Both the position numbers and the translations under genes were made by a program. A stretch of 64,000 nt of DNA, from assembly GCA_945900735.1 (NCBI GenBank), contig CAMDJX010000002.1, forward strand, positions 964-64,963, given 5' to 3'. The notes beneath the pieces are model-generated. The model saw only the letters and a list, made by a program, of their open reading frames with translations. It ran no database searches and was not told where the DNA came from. This DNA is from Acidimicrobium ferrooxidans DSM 10331. Its GTDB lineage: Bacteria > Actinomycetota > Acidimicrobiia > Acidimicrobiales > Ilumatobacteraceae. This document shows positions 49,262 to 58,934 of the stretch, in pieces; within the stretch, counting starts at the first letter, position 1; each line of letters begins with the position of its first letter.

Positions 49262-50029
49262 CTATTCGACAAGCCGCAACCCGGTCGGCGCAATCGATGC
49301 GGGAACCGAAGGCAGATCGACTACGAAATTGGTGCGATGCCCGGGAAACACATGATGCGAAACCAACACCGCTTTGCCGCTGTCGTCCTTGGTGACGCGA
49401 TCACAGCGCAAAATCGGTGAGCCAACAGGAATTTCAAGCAGTTGCGATTCTTCGGAAGTAGCGGAATCTGCACCAATGGTTTGCGTTGCGCCACCAAGAT
49501 GAATTTTTAGCAGGTTATAAAACGATGACGTCTCCACATCGTGTCGAGACAAGTGTTTGCCAAGCTCGAACGGGCACCACACCGTGACAACCGCGAATGG
49601 TTCGTTGCCGGCCATATTCACTCGCTTCACACGCAGTACCTGTTCGCTGCCCAACACCTTGGACACCCTTTTCGTTGCCTTTTCAAAAGCGAAGTCAATA
49701 ATTCTTCGCGAAGGTTCGAGACCACTCGCCTGCATCTGTTCTTCAATAGTTCCCAACCTCCCGAGCGTCTGTGAAACAGGGTCGCTCGAAACAAACCAAC
49801 CAAAACCCTGCCGTGCCGAAACCAAACCTTCATCGCGAAGCACTTCAAGTGCTCGTCGAACAGTGACGCGACTAACACCGAATTCGCGAGAGAGATCGGA
49901 TTCGCTTGGCAACAATCGACCCGCGGTAAATTGACCAGCGCTCACTCGATCGCGAAGTTCGGATGCGATGTCGTGATATCGGATGCTACGCACTTGTACT
50001 ATACTTGTATACAACGCTTGCAAATGCAA
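49262..50029 (-). CDS. GntR family transcriptional regulator (HutC/UTRA subfamily)
   Basis: It has the w[33 protein letters not shown] and a UTRA-like C-domain. The start codon is uncertain (the track start is TTG). Confidence 0.8.
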   Translation of the reverse strand: MHLQALYTSIVQVRSIRYHDIASELRDRVSAGQFTAGRLLPSESDLSREFGVSRVTVRRALEVLRDEGLVSARQGFGWFVSSDPVSQTLGRLGTIEEQMQASGLEPSRRIIDFAFEKATKRVSKVLGSEQVLRVKRVNMAGNEPFAVVTVWCPFELGKHLSRHDVETSSFYNLLKIHLGGATQTIGADSATSEESQLLEIPVGSPILRCDRVTKDDSGKAVLVSHHVFPGHRTNFVVDLPSVPASIAPTGLRLVE

Positions 50030-50031
50030 GC
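49992..50031. promoter_or_regulatory. Candidate operator cluster between the GntR/HutC gene and aconitase
   Basis: ACTTGTA-ctat-ACTTGTA-TACAA lies at 49992-50014 and contains the perfect palindrome TTGTATACAA (50005-50014) and a TATACT -10-like hexamer (50000-50005). It is followed by the inverted repeat GCTTGCA-aa-TGCAAGC at 50016-50031. Confidence 0.45.
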
Positions 50032-50053
50032 CCAGAAACGTTTAGGAGTAGCC

Positions 50054-52321
50054 ATGGTCGCAAGCGCTGGAACCCCAATCGAACTCGTCAACGGCGTGTA
50101 TCGCTCCCTCCCCGCAAATGTTGCCCTCGGGCGTAAACGCCTTGGTCGAAACTTGACACTGACCGAAAAGATTTTGATCAACCACCTCAGCAACCCAGAG
50201 ACACAAGACATGGATCGCGGACGCAGTTACGCCGACTTCGCGCCAGACCGTGTTGCTATGCAGGATGCAACCGCCCAGATGGCCTTGCTGCAATTCATGA
50301 CTGCAGGCCTCCCCACCACCGCCGTTCCCTCCACGGTGCATTGCGACCACCTCATCCTTGCCAAAGTCGGTGCGCGAATTGATATGGGTGTTGCCATCGA
50401 CACCAACAAAGAGGTGTACGACTTCTTGCAAAGTGTCTCCGCAAAATATGGCATCGGTTTCTGGGGGCCGGGTAGCGGAATCATTCACCAAGTGGTGCTC
50501 GAGCACTACGCGTTTCCCGGCGGAATGATGATTGGCACCGACAGCCACACACCAAATGCCGGCGGACTTGGCATGGTCGCAATCGGAGTCGGTGGAGCAG
50601 ACGCTGTGGATGTGATGACCGGTTTCTCATTCAACGTGAGATGGCCAAAAGTTATTGGAGTGAAGTTGACTGGCACACTTTCTGGTTGGTCAAGCCCGAA
50701 AGACGTCATTCTTGAAGTGGCTCGAGTACTGACCGTTGAAGGCGGCACCGGCGCAATCGTCGAATACTTCGGCGAGGGCGCTGACAGCATCTCGGCCACT
50801 GGCAAAGCAACCATTTGCAACATGGGTGCCGAAATTGGCGCAACATGTTCCGTGTTTCCATACGACTCGCACATCGCGCAGTATTTGCAAGCAACGGGGC
50901 GTGCCGATATCGCCGCCGCCGCTGATGCCGTTCGCGAACATCTGCGACCAGACGATGGAGCCCAATACGACAGCGTCATCGAGATAGATCTCAGCGCGCT
51001 AAAGCCGCTCATCAATGGCCCTCACTCTCCAGACCGCGCGCACAAAATCGGCGACGCAATCGAGCAGGCCGCAAAAGAAAACGGTTGGCCGCTCGAGATT
51101 TCTTCGGCGCTTATCGGAAGCTGCACCAACTCCTCGTATGAAGACATCACCCGAGCTGCATCTGTTGCCAGGCAGGCGAAGGCGCATGGGCTGAAGAGCA
51201 AAGTTGAACTACTGATTACTCCCGGCTCCGAGCAAATTCGCGCAACGATCGAGCGAGATGGCCTGCTTGCCGATCTAGAAGCAATTGGTGCAACCGTTCT
51301 TGCAAATGCTTGTGGACCATGCATCGGTCAATGGGAACGCTCGAAGGAAGTAACAGACAAACCGAACACCATCGTTAACTCGTTCAACCGAAACTTTCCA
51401 AAGCGCAACGACGGCTCTGCTAACACCCTCAGTTTCGTCACAAGCCCAGACACTGTTATCGCACTTGCGCTTGCAGGCCGCCTCGACTTCGACCCAACCA
51501 CCGACACCATCCAAGCGCCCGATGGTACGCAGGTAAAACTTGAAGCCCCACACGGCGAAGTACTTCCTTCCAATGGATACGACGCGGGCAACAACACGTT
51601 TATCGCGCCACCAGCAGACGGTTCATCCATTGCGATAAGCGTCGACCCAACCAGTGATCGCTTGCAGTTGCTTCAACCATTCTCTGCATGGAACGGCAAA
51701 AACTTCGTGGATTTGCCCGTGCTCATGAAAGCAAAAGGCAAGTGCACGACCGACCACATTTCCGCCGCCGGCAAATGGCTGAAGTATCGCGGACATCTGG
51801 AGAACATCTCGGGCAACCTGTTTATTGGTGCCGTAAATGCATTCAACGATGCAGTTGGCGAAGGACGCGACATCATCGATGGACAAACACGTTCGTATCC
51901 AGACATTGCGAAGGCCTGGGGAAACAAGAGCATTCAATGGGCTGCCATTGGCGATCAGAACTACGGCGAGGGTTCTAGTCGTGAACACGCAGCGATGGAA
52001 CCGCGTTTCCGCGGTGCTGCCGCAATTTTTGCTCGATCGTTTGCGCGCATCCACGAGACAAACTTGAAGAAGCAAGGCGTCGTCCCCCTCACGTTTGCAG
52101 ACCCCAACACTTACGAAAAGATTGGCGAGCTCGACACAATTTCCGTGCTTGGGCTACCTCCCGTCCCAGATAAACCGCTGCAGTGCTCCATCAACAAACC
52201 AAACGGCGAGAAAATTGCATTTGAGGCACTGCACACCTTCAGCGATGAACAGGTTGAGTGGTTCAAGGCAGGCAGCGCACTCAATATCGTTCGCAAAAAA
52301 GTCGAACAGCAAAACAAGTAA
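50054..52321 (+). CDS. acn: Aconitate hydratase, mitochondrial-type (~755 aa)
   Basis: The ATG at 50054 is preceded by AGGAG. The blocks [43 protein letters not shown] and [11 protein letters not shown] are close to mitochondrial aconitase. Confidence 0.92.
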   Translation: MVASAGTPIELVNGVYRSLPANVALGRKRLGRNLTLTEKILINHLSNPETQDMDRGRSYADFAPDRVAMQDATAQMALLQFMTAGLPTTAVPSTVHCDHLILAKVGARIDMGVAIDTNKEVYDFLQSVSAKYGIGFWGPGSGIIHQVVLEHYAFPGGMMIGTDSHTPNAGGLGMVAIGVGGADAVDVMTGFSFNVRWPKVIGVKLTGTLSGWSSPKDVILEVARVLTVEGGTGAIVEYFGEGADSISATGKATICNMGAEIGATCSVFPYDSHIAQYLQATGRADIAAAADAVREHLRPDDGAQYDSVIEIDLSALKPLINGPHSPDRAHKIGDAIEQAAKENGWPLEISSALIGSCTNSSYEDITRAASVARQAKAHGLKSKVELLITPGSEQIRATIERDGLLADLEAIGATVLANACGPCIGQWERSKEVTDKPNTIVNSFNRNFPKRNDGSANTLSFVTSPDTVIALALAGRLDFDPTTDTIQAPDGTQVKLEAPHGEVLPSNGYDAGNNTFIAPPADGSSIAISVDPTSDRLQLLQPFSAWNGKNFVDLPVLMKAKGKCTTDHISAAGKWLKYRGHLENISGNLFIGAVNAFNDAVGEGRDIIDGQTRSYPDIAKAWGNKSIQWAAIGDQNYGEGSSREHAAMEPRFRGAAAIFARSFARIHETNLKKQGVVPLTFADPNTYEKIGELDTISVLGLPPVPDKPLQCSINKPNGEKIAFEALHTFSDEQVEWFKAGSALNIVRKKVEQQNK

Positions 52322-52332
52322 CGTTCTCCTTT

Positions 52333-52596
52333 ATGGCCGACCTTGCAATCATTGTCAGCATCATGCTGGGCTACACCCTGCTTGCCGGCGCCCTTGCGAT
52401 ATTTGCAATTCGGCGCCCACCCAAAGGCCTGTTCACCAGAATGTTGATCATGGTGCTTCTCTTGCCGGCGTTGTACCTCAGTTTTCGATTGCTCATCGTG
52501 GTCTCGCCGCTATTCATGAAAATTGTGTTCGGCGCAATTGGTGTTTCGTGCGTGCTCGCGATCCGTAGCTTGATTCGCAAACCTCGCCTTGGCTAG
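52333..52596 (+). CDS. Small membrane protein (87 aa, 3 hydrophobic segments)
   Basis: The ATG lies 12 nt after the acn stop. The protein is strongly hydrophobic. No family recognised. Confidence 0.45.
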   Translation: MADLAIIVSIMLGYTLLAGALAIFAIRRPPKGLFTRMLIMVLLLPALYLSFRLLIVVSPLFMKIVFGAIGVSCVLAIRSLIRKPRLG

Positions 52597-54038
52597 TCGG
52601 TACCCGGCCTTCGCCCTGTCTCTGCTCGAGGATCACCCTTGTAGCTAGACGGATACGTGCGAACTAACTCTTCGTCGGTTGGCTCGTAAGCGACCCGACC
52701 TTCCTGTGGCAGGAGCAAACTGATTTCGCCCATGATTCGTGCGGTGTTCAAATCAGGATCATCGCTTTCTAATTGCATCGGTTTGCCAACCACCACTTGC
52801 ACGTCTGGCGGGCTCGTGATTTGCAGAATGTTTGGGTAGCGAGCGTTTCGCGGCCACACCTTCTCGGTGCCCCACAAACCGATAGGCACGACAGTCGCAT
52901 TAGCCATTCGTGCCAACTTTGCCGCCCCCCACCTTCCGCGCAGCTGCGGGTTGAAGAATGCTGGTCCGCGAGGGATCGTCCCTTGCGGCATAATCGCCAC
53001 CATCTCGCCAGCAGAAAGTGCGTCCGCCGCATGAGTAAGTGGTTCGTCGCTGCCAGACGCACGATCCACCCGAATGCCTCCGAGCATCGAGGCAAGTTGC
53101 CCAATCAGCGGAGCATCAAAAACTTCTTTCTTGCCAAGAAACCGGACTGTTCGACCGCTCTTTGCAACAGTGAGCGCCACAGCGAACACGTCGAAGTAAC
53201 TGCGATGGTTGGCAACGAGCACTACTGGGCCTGTTGCTGGAATATTCTCTACTCCGGTAAATGAAAATTTGACGAATGGAAAAACTTCTGGTCGTGCGAA
53301 GAGCAGACCAACTTTTTGAATGTCTGACGTCTGCAGAGGTGGCTTCGCTTGCGCATCGGGATTGTCAAAACTGACAATTGGCCATCTGCGAGCAGCGGCC
53401 ATCACCGTCAGTCGAGCGTCCGGGTTCACCACTTGGGGGAAGCCAACTGCATTCAATAGAGGCTCGTCATACACACTGTCGGAATATGCGTAACTTTCGG
53501 AGAGCGAAATGTGGTGTTGACTACACCATGTGCGCACCGCGGCCAATTTGCCTGCAGACCATGTGAAAGGACCGTCAAGCTCCCCCGTGTACAAACCTTG
53601 TTCGTCTACAGCGAAACGTGTTGCGACCACGTCATCGAAACCCATTCGACGTGCAAAGGTTGCAATCACGTCGTTAGGTGTTGTCGTTGCCAGCACAACT
53701 TTTCTTCCGGCTTCACGATGACTGCTAATGACGGATGCGGCCAACGGTCGTACAAGTTGCAACAAATCGTCGCATGCGTTGTGCGCTGCTGCAACAACAT
53801 CGTGTCGCGCCTTTCCTTTCATCACTGCCGCACCCTGACGCGCGAGCAACATCGAGGGAAGATTTTCGCCAACTGCGTTAAAAATTCGGTACAGCGCATC
53901 TTCACCTGGAAGCCGCGTTGCAGAAACGACTCCGGCGTTGCGTAACGCCGCACTGATAATTGGTCCCGATGCGCCCGACAACAACGTGCGATCTAAATCG
54001 ATGAACGCTGCCCCATTCGTTACCGATGTAGTGCTCAC
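52593..54038 (-). CDS. Fusion protein: HAD-IB hydrolase domain + lysophospholipid (PlsC-type) acyltransferase domain
   Basis: The N-terminal FIDLDRTL is HAD motif I. The C-terminal half carries the acyltransferase HX4D motif (NHRSYFD) and a PEG-like block (MPQGTI). Confidence 0.8.
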   Translation of the reverse strand: MSTTSVTNGAAFIDLDRTLLSGASGPIISAALRNAGVVSATRLPGEDALYRIFNAVGENLPSMLLARQGAAVMKGKARHDVVAAAHNACDDLLQLVRPLAASVISSHREAGRKVVLATTTPNDVIATFARRMGFDDVVATRFAVDEQGLYTGELDGPFTWSAGKLAAVRTWCSQHHISLSESYAYSDSVYDEPLLNAVGFPQVVNPDARLTVMAAARRWPIVSFDNPDAQAKPPLQTSDIQKVGLLFARPEVFPFVKFSFTGVENIPATGPVVLVANHRSYFDVFAVALTVAKSGRTVRFLGKKEVFDAPLIGQLASMLGGIRVDRASGSDEPLTHAADALSAGEMVAIMPQGTIPRGPAFFNPQLRGRWGAAKLARMANATVVPIGLWGTEKVWPRNARYPNILQITSPPDVQVVVGKPMQLESDDPDLNTARIMGEISLLLPQEGRVAYEPTDEELVRTYPSSYKGDPRAETGRRPGTD

Positions 54039-54074
54039 ACTGGCAGGCTATTGACTGGCGTCCGTCGCCACCCG

Positions 54075-54190
54075 GGAAATGGGAAAGGCCCCACATTGCT
54101 GCGGGGCCTCTCAACCGAGAATCCTTGTGGCTGGGGGAGCCACTTGGGGATTCAGTCGGGTGAAACCTGGGGGAGGTCTCACCGCGATAT
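54075..54190 (-). ncRNA. 6C-like small RNA (two C-rich-loop hairpins + intrinsic terminator)
   Basis: Minus strand: GGTGAGACC-TCCCCCA-GGTTTCACC (54183-54159) and GTGGCT-CCCCC-AGCCAC (54143-54127). These are followed by the terminator GGCCCC-N10-GGGGCC-TTTCCCATTT (54108-54075). Putative promoter: TTGCGC, 18 nt, CATACT, ending at about 54197. Confidence 0.6.
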
Positions 54191-54294
54191 GTATCCAGTA
54201 TGCCCTACCCGTGGGTAAGCGCGCAAGGCGAACGCCAAGATAGCCACCATCATTTTTCGTGATAGTCGTCACGGGGAACGGTTAGCCTGAGTGG

Positions 54295-55224
54295 ATGGAA
54301 ATTCGCCACCTGGAAAGCCTGATCGCTATTTCAGAACACGGCTCATTTTCCGCTGCTGCGCGAGCGCTGGGAACGGTGCAGAGCAACGTCTCGGCACACA
54401 TCTCGCGGCTCGAAAAAGAACTTGGCGCGAGTTTGATCGATCGCCAAAGCGGCGAGCTCACCGAGGATGGTGTTCTGGTTGTAGAGCGAGCCCGACGGAT
54501 TATTCACGAATTACAGGACATCGAAGCCGACATCCATTCAACCGATAGCGAAGTCGCGGGCGAAACACGACTTGGCTGCATCGGCACTACTGGTCGTTGG
54601 CTCATGCCGCGACTGCTCACCGCGATTCAAAAAGCACATCCGCAGGTTCGACCAATCATTCACGAAGGCAGCACATCATCCCTATTGCCACGCTTAATTG
54701 CAGGCGAACTAGACGCTGCAATAGTCCACTTCCCTATTGACGACCCCGAGTTGCAATTGGTGCCACTTTTCAGTGAAGAACTTGTGTTACTCGTGAACAA
54801 TAAACACCCATGGGCAAAGCTTGAAACGATTTCTCTCGAACAACTTGCGACACAACCGCTTTTACTTGCACCGCGCAATACCGCTCTTCGCCGAATCATC
54901 GACCGAGCCGCCGGCGCACAGCGCCTTGCCTTTACCCCACAGGCCGAGATTGACGGCGTTCGCCTACTCACCTCCCTCGCATTCGAGGGTTTTGGTCCTG
55001 CGATAGTTCCTGCCACCGCCATCCCAGCGTGGATCAAAGGCGATTTCACTCGGGTGTCAATCCCGCAGTTGCCACGCCGGGTAGTTGGATGGGCGTCGCG
55101 CAAACGACCAGTCCCGAACAAGCCCACTCGCGCGGCTCTTGAAATCGCAAAGCAGGTTGTTGCCAAAACAGGCGATCGCCAACCGGGAGTCAACACCTCT
55201 TTGACTACTACCCCACTCGTCTAA
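54295..55224 (+). CDS. LysR family transcriptional regulator
   Basis: 309 aa. The MEIRHLESLIAISEHGSFSAAARALGTVQSNVSAHISRLE HTH is followed by a LysR substrate-binding domain. Confidence 0.9.
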   Translation: MEIRHLESLIAISEHGSFSAAARALGTVQSNVSAHISRLEKELGASLIDRQSGELTEDGVLVVERARRIIHELQDIEADIHSTDSEVAGETRLGCIGTTGRWLMPRLLTAIQKAHPQVRPIIHEGSTSSLLPRLIAGELDAAIVHFPIDDPELQLVPLFSEELVLLVNNKHPWAKLETISLEQLATQPLLLAPRNTALRRIIDRAAGAQRLAFTPQAEIDGVRLLTSLAFEGFGPAIVPATAIPAWIKGDFTRVSIPQLPRRVVGWASRKRPVPNKPTRAALEIAKQVVAKTGDRQPGVNTSLTTTPLV

Positions 55225-55233
55225 TCTCTAGAC

Positions 55234-56610
55234 GTGTCAGGAGTTACCGATTCTCCTCTTCAAACGGGAGTCCATCTACAACGCTCGGTCCAAGGCGCCG
55301 CAAAAGCCGAAGTTCGATTTCTCACCACGTGCGAACGAACAGTGGTGTGGGTGGATATTGATCCCTCGTACCACCGTGGCGCACTTTCGGCTGAAGCATC
55401 TGGAGTGATTGCGAACGCCGCTACAACCGCTCTCAATCAACGAATCCCACTTGTGTTGGCAATGGCCTCCTCCGGCGCAGACATTCTTGGAGGTATTGCC
55501 GCCCTTCACGGTTGGGGGCAGGCTGCGCGCACAATTGCACATTGCTCGGGCGTGGTTCCAACTTTCACCATTGTCACAGGCCCCGCCGTTTCTGGCCCCG
55601 CACTCCTTATCGGCCTGAGCGACTTCGTCATCATGACTGCCGACTCGTATGCATTTGTGAGCGGCCCAACAATGGTTGCCGAATTCACTGGGATTATGAT
55701 GACGAATGAGCAGTTAGGCGGAACCGATGCGCATGCCAAGCAAAGCGGCGTCGCAAGCATGGTGGTTTCCGACTACGAGTCGGCTGTTTCTTCGCTCGAG
55801 CATCTTTTGACTTACATCCCCAACAACGTTGATGAACTTGCACCACCGATTCACACCGACGATGCTTCCGACCGCCTGGTGCCCGAGGCAGGCGCCGCCA
55901 TTCCAGACACTGCCACCGGAAGTTACGACGTACGCACCGTAATTAAGGCCATTGCGGACGACGGCGAGATGTTTGAACTGCGCGAGCGTTGGGCCGCCAA
56001 TGTGATTACCGCCTTCATCACCATCGACGGCGAGTCGGTTGGAGTCGTTGCCAATCAACCGATGATCCTTGCGGGAACGCTAGATATTCCTGCGTCGCAA
56101 AAAGCTGCACGGTTTGTGTCGTTTTGCGATGCATTCAACATTCCATTGCTGACACTCGTTGACACACCTGGTTTTTATCCCGGAAAAGACTTGGAGTGGC
56201 GTGGAATGATTCGCCACGGCGGCCAACTGGTGTTCGCCTATGCGCGAGCGACAGTGCCCCGGGTGTGCGTTATCTTGCGAAAGAGTTACGGCGGCGCCTA
56301 CATCGTGATGGACTCAAAAAAGATGGGCAACGACTTGTGCCTGGCGTGGCCAACAGCCGAGCTGGCCGTGATGGGTGCAGGGCAGGCTGCAGCCATATTG
56401 CAGCGCCGGGCAACCCCAGAGGAACGATCAGCCTTCGAAGCCGACTACTCGGAGCGCCTCCTCAACCCATACGTGGCCGCTGAGCGTGGCTACGTCGACG
56501 CGGTAATTAACCCCGAGGAAACTCGGCGTGAAGTATCGGCAGCCTTGGTCATGCTGCGCGATAAACGCGAGAGACTTGCGCCACGCAAGCACGACAACAC
56601 CCCGCTGTAA
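55234..56610 (+). CDS. Acyl-CoA carboxylase carboxyltransferase (beta) subunit, short AccD6-like form
   Basis: 458 aa with a GTG start. Both carboxyltransferase half-domains are present (GGTDAHAKQSGV; DTPGFYPGKDLEWRGMIRHGGQL; RKSYGGAYIVM). Confidence 0.8.
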   Translation: MSGVTDSPLQTGVHLQRSVQGAAKAEVRFLTTCERTVVWVDIDPSYHRGALSAEASGVIANAATTALNQRIPLVLAMASSGADILGGIAALHGWGQAARTIAHCSGVVPTFTIVTGPAVSGPALLIGLSDFVIMTADSYAFVSGPTMVAEFTGIMMTNEQLGGTDAHAKQSGVASMVVSDYESAVSSLEHLLTYIPNNVDELAPPIHTDDASDRLVPEAGAAIPDTATGSYDVRTVIKAIADDGEMFELRERWAANVITAFITIDGESVGVVANQPMILAGTLDIPASQKAARFVSFCDAFNIPLLTLVDTPGFYPGKDLEWRGMIRHGGQLVFAYARATVPRVCVILRKSYGGAYIVMDSKKMGNDLCLAWPTAELAVMGAGQAAAILQRRATPEERSAFEADYSERLLNPYVAAERGYVDAVINPEETRREVSAALVMLRDKRERLAPRKHDNTPL

Positions 56611-56676
56611 AGGGTCAAACCCCTACACTGTTTGCGGGGAGAGGAAGCTTCCCAACACATAACGAAGGGAATCAAG

Positions 56677-57945
56677 ATGGCTGAAACAATCACCATCATC
56701 GATGACCGAACAGGCAAAAAAGTGACTGTTCCGGTTACCGACGGCGTCTTTGCATCTACGGCACTGCGCGAACTCGACCCCAACCTACGCATGTACGACC
56801 CGGCGTTTTTGTCCACCGCGGCTTGTCAATCGTCGATCACTTATCTGGATGGCGAAAAAGGAATTCTCCGCTATCGCGGATATCCCATCGAACAGCTAGC
56901 CGAGAAATCGACGTTCCTTGAAGTTGCCTACCTACTTCTCAATGGCGAGTTACCCGATAACGACCAGTTCGCTAAGTGGGATTACGACGTCACCCACCAC
57001 ACGATGATTCACGAGAACATGCGAAAGCGGTTCGTCGATGGGTTCCACTACGACGCTCACCCAATGGGCATGTTCATATCGGCAATTGCTGCACTCGGAA
57101 CGTTTTACGACGACGCGCAAGACGTTTTTGATACCGACAACCTAAACAAGCAAATTTTGCGACTTGTAGCAAAAGTACCGACGATCGCTGCGATGACGTA
57201 TCGCTTCTCGTCTGGCCTTCCATTTGTGTTGCCAAACAATTCAATGTCATACGCCACCAACTTTTTGAACATGATGTATCGCATTGGTGACGACTACGAA
57301 GTCGACCCAGTTTTGGCTCGTGCAATGGATGTGCTGTTTATATTGCATGCCGACCACGAGCAAAACTGCGGAACAACCGCGATGCGCGTTGTAGCAAGCG
57401 CAAACTCCGACCCATACTCGGCAACAGCAGCAGCCGCATCGGCCCTGTATGGCCCATTGCATGGTGGAGCCAACGAAGCAGTAGTGCGAATGCTCACCGA
57501 GATTGGTGACGTGAAGAACATTCCCGCATTCATTGAAAGCGTCAAGCGCGGCGAAGGAAAACTGATGGGCTTTGGCCATCGTGTGTACAAAAACTTTGAC
57601 CCTCGCGCAACCATCATCAAGAAATCGGCATACGAGGTGTTCGAGATAACCGGCACCAATCCTCTGCTCGATGTGGCCTTGAAACTGGAAGAAGTGGCAC
57701 TAAACGACGAGTACTTTGCCTCGCGCAGGCTGTATCCCAACGTCGACTTCTACTCTGGCCTCATTTACCAAGCGCTTGGTTTCCCCGTCAGCATGTTTAC
57801 CGTCTTGTTTGCAATACCTCGCACGGTCGGCTGGTTGGCACATATGTCCGAATTGCTGCGCGACGACGAACAGAAGATCAGTCGTCCCCGCCAGTGGTAC
57901 ACGGGTGTCGACGAGCGCAATTACACAGATATCAAAAAGCGCTAA
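56677..57945 (+). CDS. gltA: Citrate synthase
   Basis: The start is at MAETITIIDDRTGK. Blocks are GILRYRGYPIEQL, HADHEQN, GPLHGGAN and GFGHRVYK. Confidence 0.92.
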   Translation: MAETITIIDDRTGKKVTVPVTDGVFASTALRELDPNLRMYDPAFLSTAACQSSITYLDGEKGILRYRGYPIEQLAEKSTFLEVAYLLLNGELPDNDQFAKWDYDVTHHTMIHENMRKRFVDGFHYDAHPMGMFISAIAALGTFYDDAQDVFDTDNLNKQILRLVAKVPTIAAMTYRFSSGLPFVLPNNSMSYATNFLNMMYRIGDDYEVDPVLARAMDVLFILHADHEQNCGTTAMRVVASANSDPYSATAAAASALYGPLHGGANEAVVRMLTEIGDVKNIPAFIESVKRGEGKLMGFGHRVYKNFDPRATIIKKSAYEVFEITGTNPLLDVALKLEEVALNDEYFASRRLYPNVDFYSGLIYQALGFPVSMFTVLFAIPRTVGWLAHMSELLRDDEQKISRPRQWYTGVDERNYTDIKKR

Positions 57946-58934
57946 GCGCCGATATCAATAACAATTTTGCCAATGTTGGCGTTTGACTCCATGTAAGCAT
58001 GCGCTGCGGCTATCTCCGAAAACGGATATCGCCTGTCAATAATCGGCTTCAATTGACCAGAATCAAACAATGGAAGCACTTCGCTTGCGAATCTTTGGCT
58101 GATTGCAATCTTTTCCTCAATCGGCCTTGCCCTCAGCACTGTGCCGGAGAGCTTCGCTCGCTTGCCAAGCATCGCAGCCAAGTTGAACGGCGTGTTTCCA
58201 CCCCCCATGACACCCACCTGCACTATGTGGCCCTTCAGTGCAAGTGACTTCACATTTCGATCTAGATAGTCGCCGCCGATCACATCAAGAACGACGTCCA
58301 CGCCTTTGCCACCTGTTGCTTTATGCACTTCTTCTGCAAAATCTGCAGTCGAATAGTCGATGACAATATCTGCCCCTAAAGACTTAACCGCAGCCACTTT
58401 CCCGGTCGAACACGTGGCAATTACGCGAGCACCAAGCGCCTTACATAGCTGCACTGCTGCGGTGCCAACACCCGAAGCAGCCGCGTGCACAAGCGCCCAT
58501 CGTCCACTAGTAAGGCCGCCCTGTACAACGAGTGCATCCCATGCGGTGATAAACACTTCCGGAATAGCAGCAGCGTCTGCGAGTGAAACCGTATTTGGGA
58601 TGCGCATTGCTTGTCGTTCGTGGATGACCAGTTGCTGCGCGTAGGACCCACCGCTCACAATGCCCATCACTTCGTCGCCCACTTGCAAAGCACGCACCCG
58701 TGCTCCCACCGAACGCACTACACCCGAAAACTCCATGCCCGGAACATCAAATTGATCTGGAAACGGGTTTGGGTAAAAACCCAAGCGCTGCAGCAAGTCG
58801 GCACGATTCAGGCTGGTTGCCCTAACCTCGACCAACGCTTCTTCAGAACCATGTGTTGGAGCAACAATCTCTTCGAATGTCAGAACTTCGGTGCCACCAT
58901 GACCCCTGAGCACCACCGCACGCATTGTCGACAT
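57942..58934 (-). CDS. NAD(P)H:quinone oxidoreductase (MDR/zeta-crystallin, PIG3-like)
   Basis: 330 aa. It has an MDR fold with AAASGVGTAAVQL nucleotide-binding motif and no structural-zinc Cys motif. Confidence 0.83.
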   Translation of the reverse strand: MSTMRAVVLRGHGGTEVLTFEEIVAPTHGSEEALVEVRATSLNRADLLQRLGFYPNPFPDQFDVPGMEFSGVVRSVGARVRALQVGDEVMGIVSGGSYAQQLVIHERQAMRIPNTVSLADAAAIPEVFITAWDALVVQGGLTSGRWALVHAAASGVGTAAVQLCKALGARVIATCSTGKVAAVKSLGADIVIDYSTADFAEEVHKATGGKGVDVVLDVIGGDYLDRNVKSLALKGHIVQVGVMGGGNTPFNLAAMLGKRAKLSGTVLRARPIEEKIAISQRFASEVLPLFDSGQLKPIIDRRYPFSEIAAAHAYMESNANIGKIVIDIGA

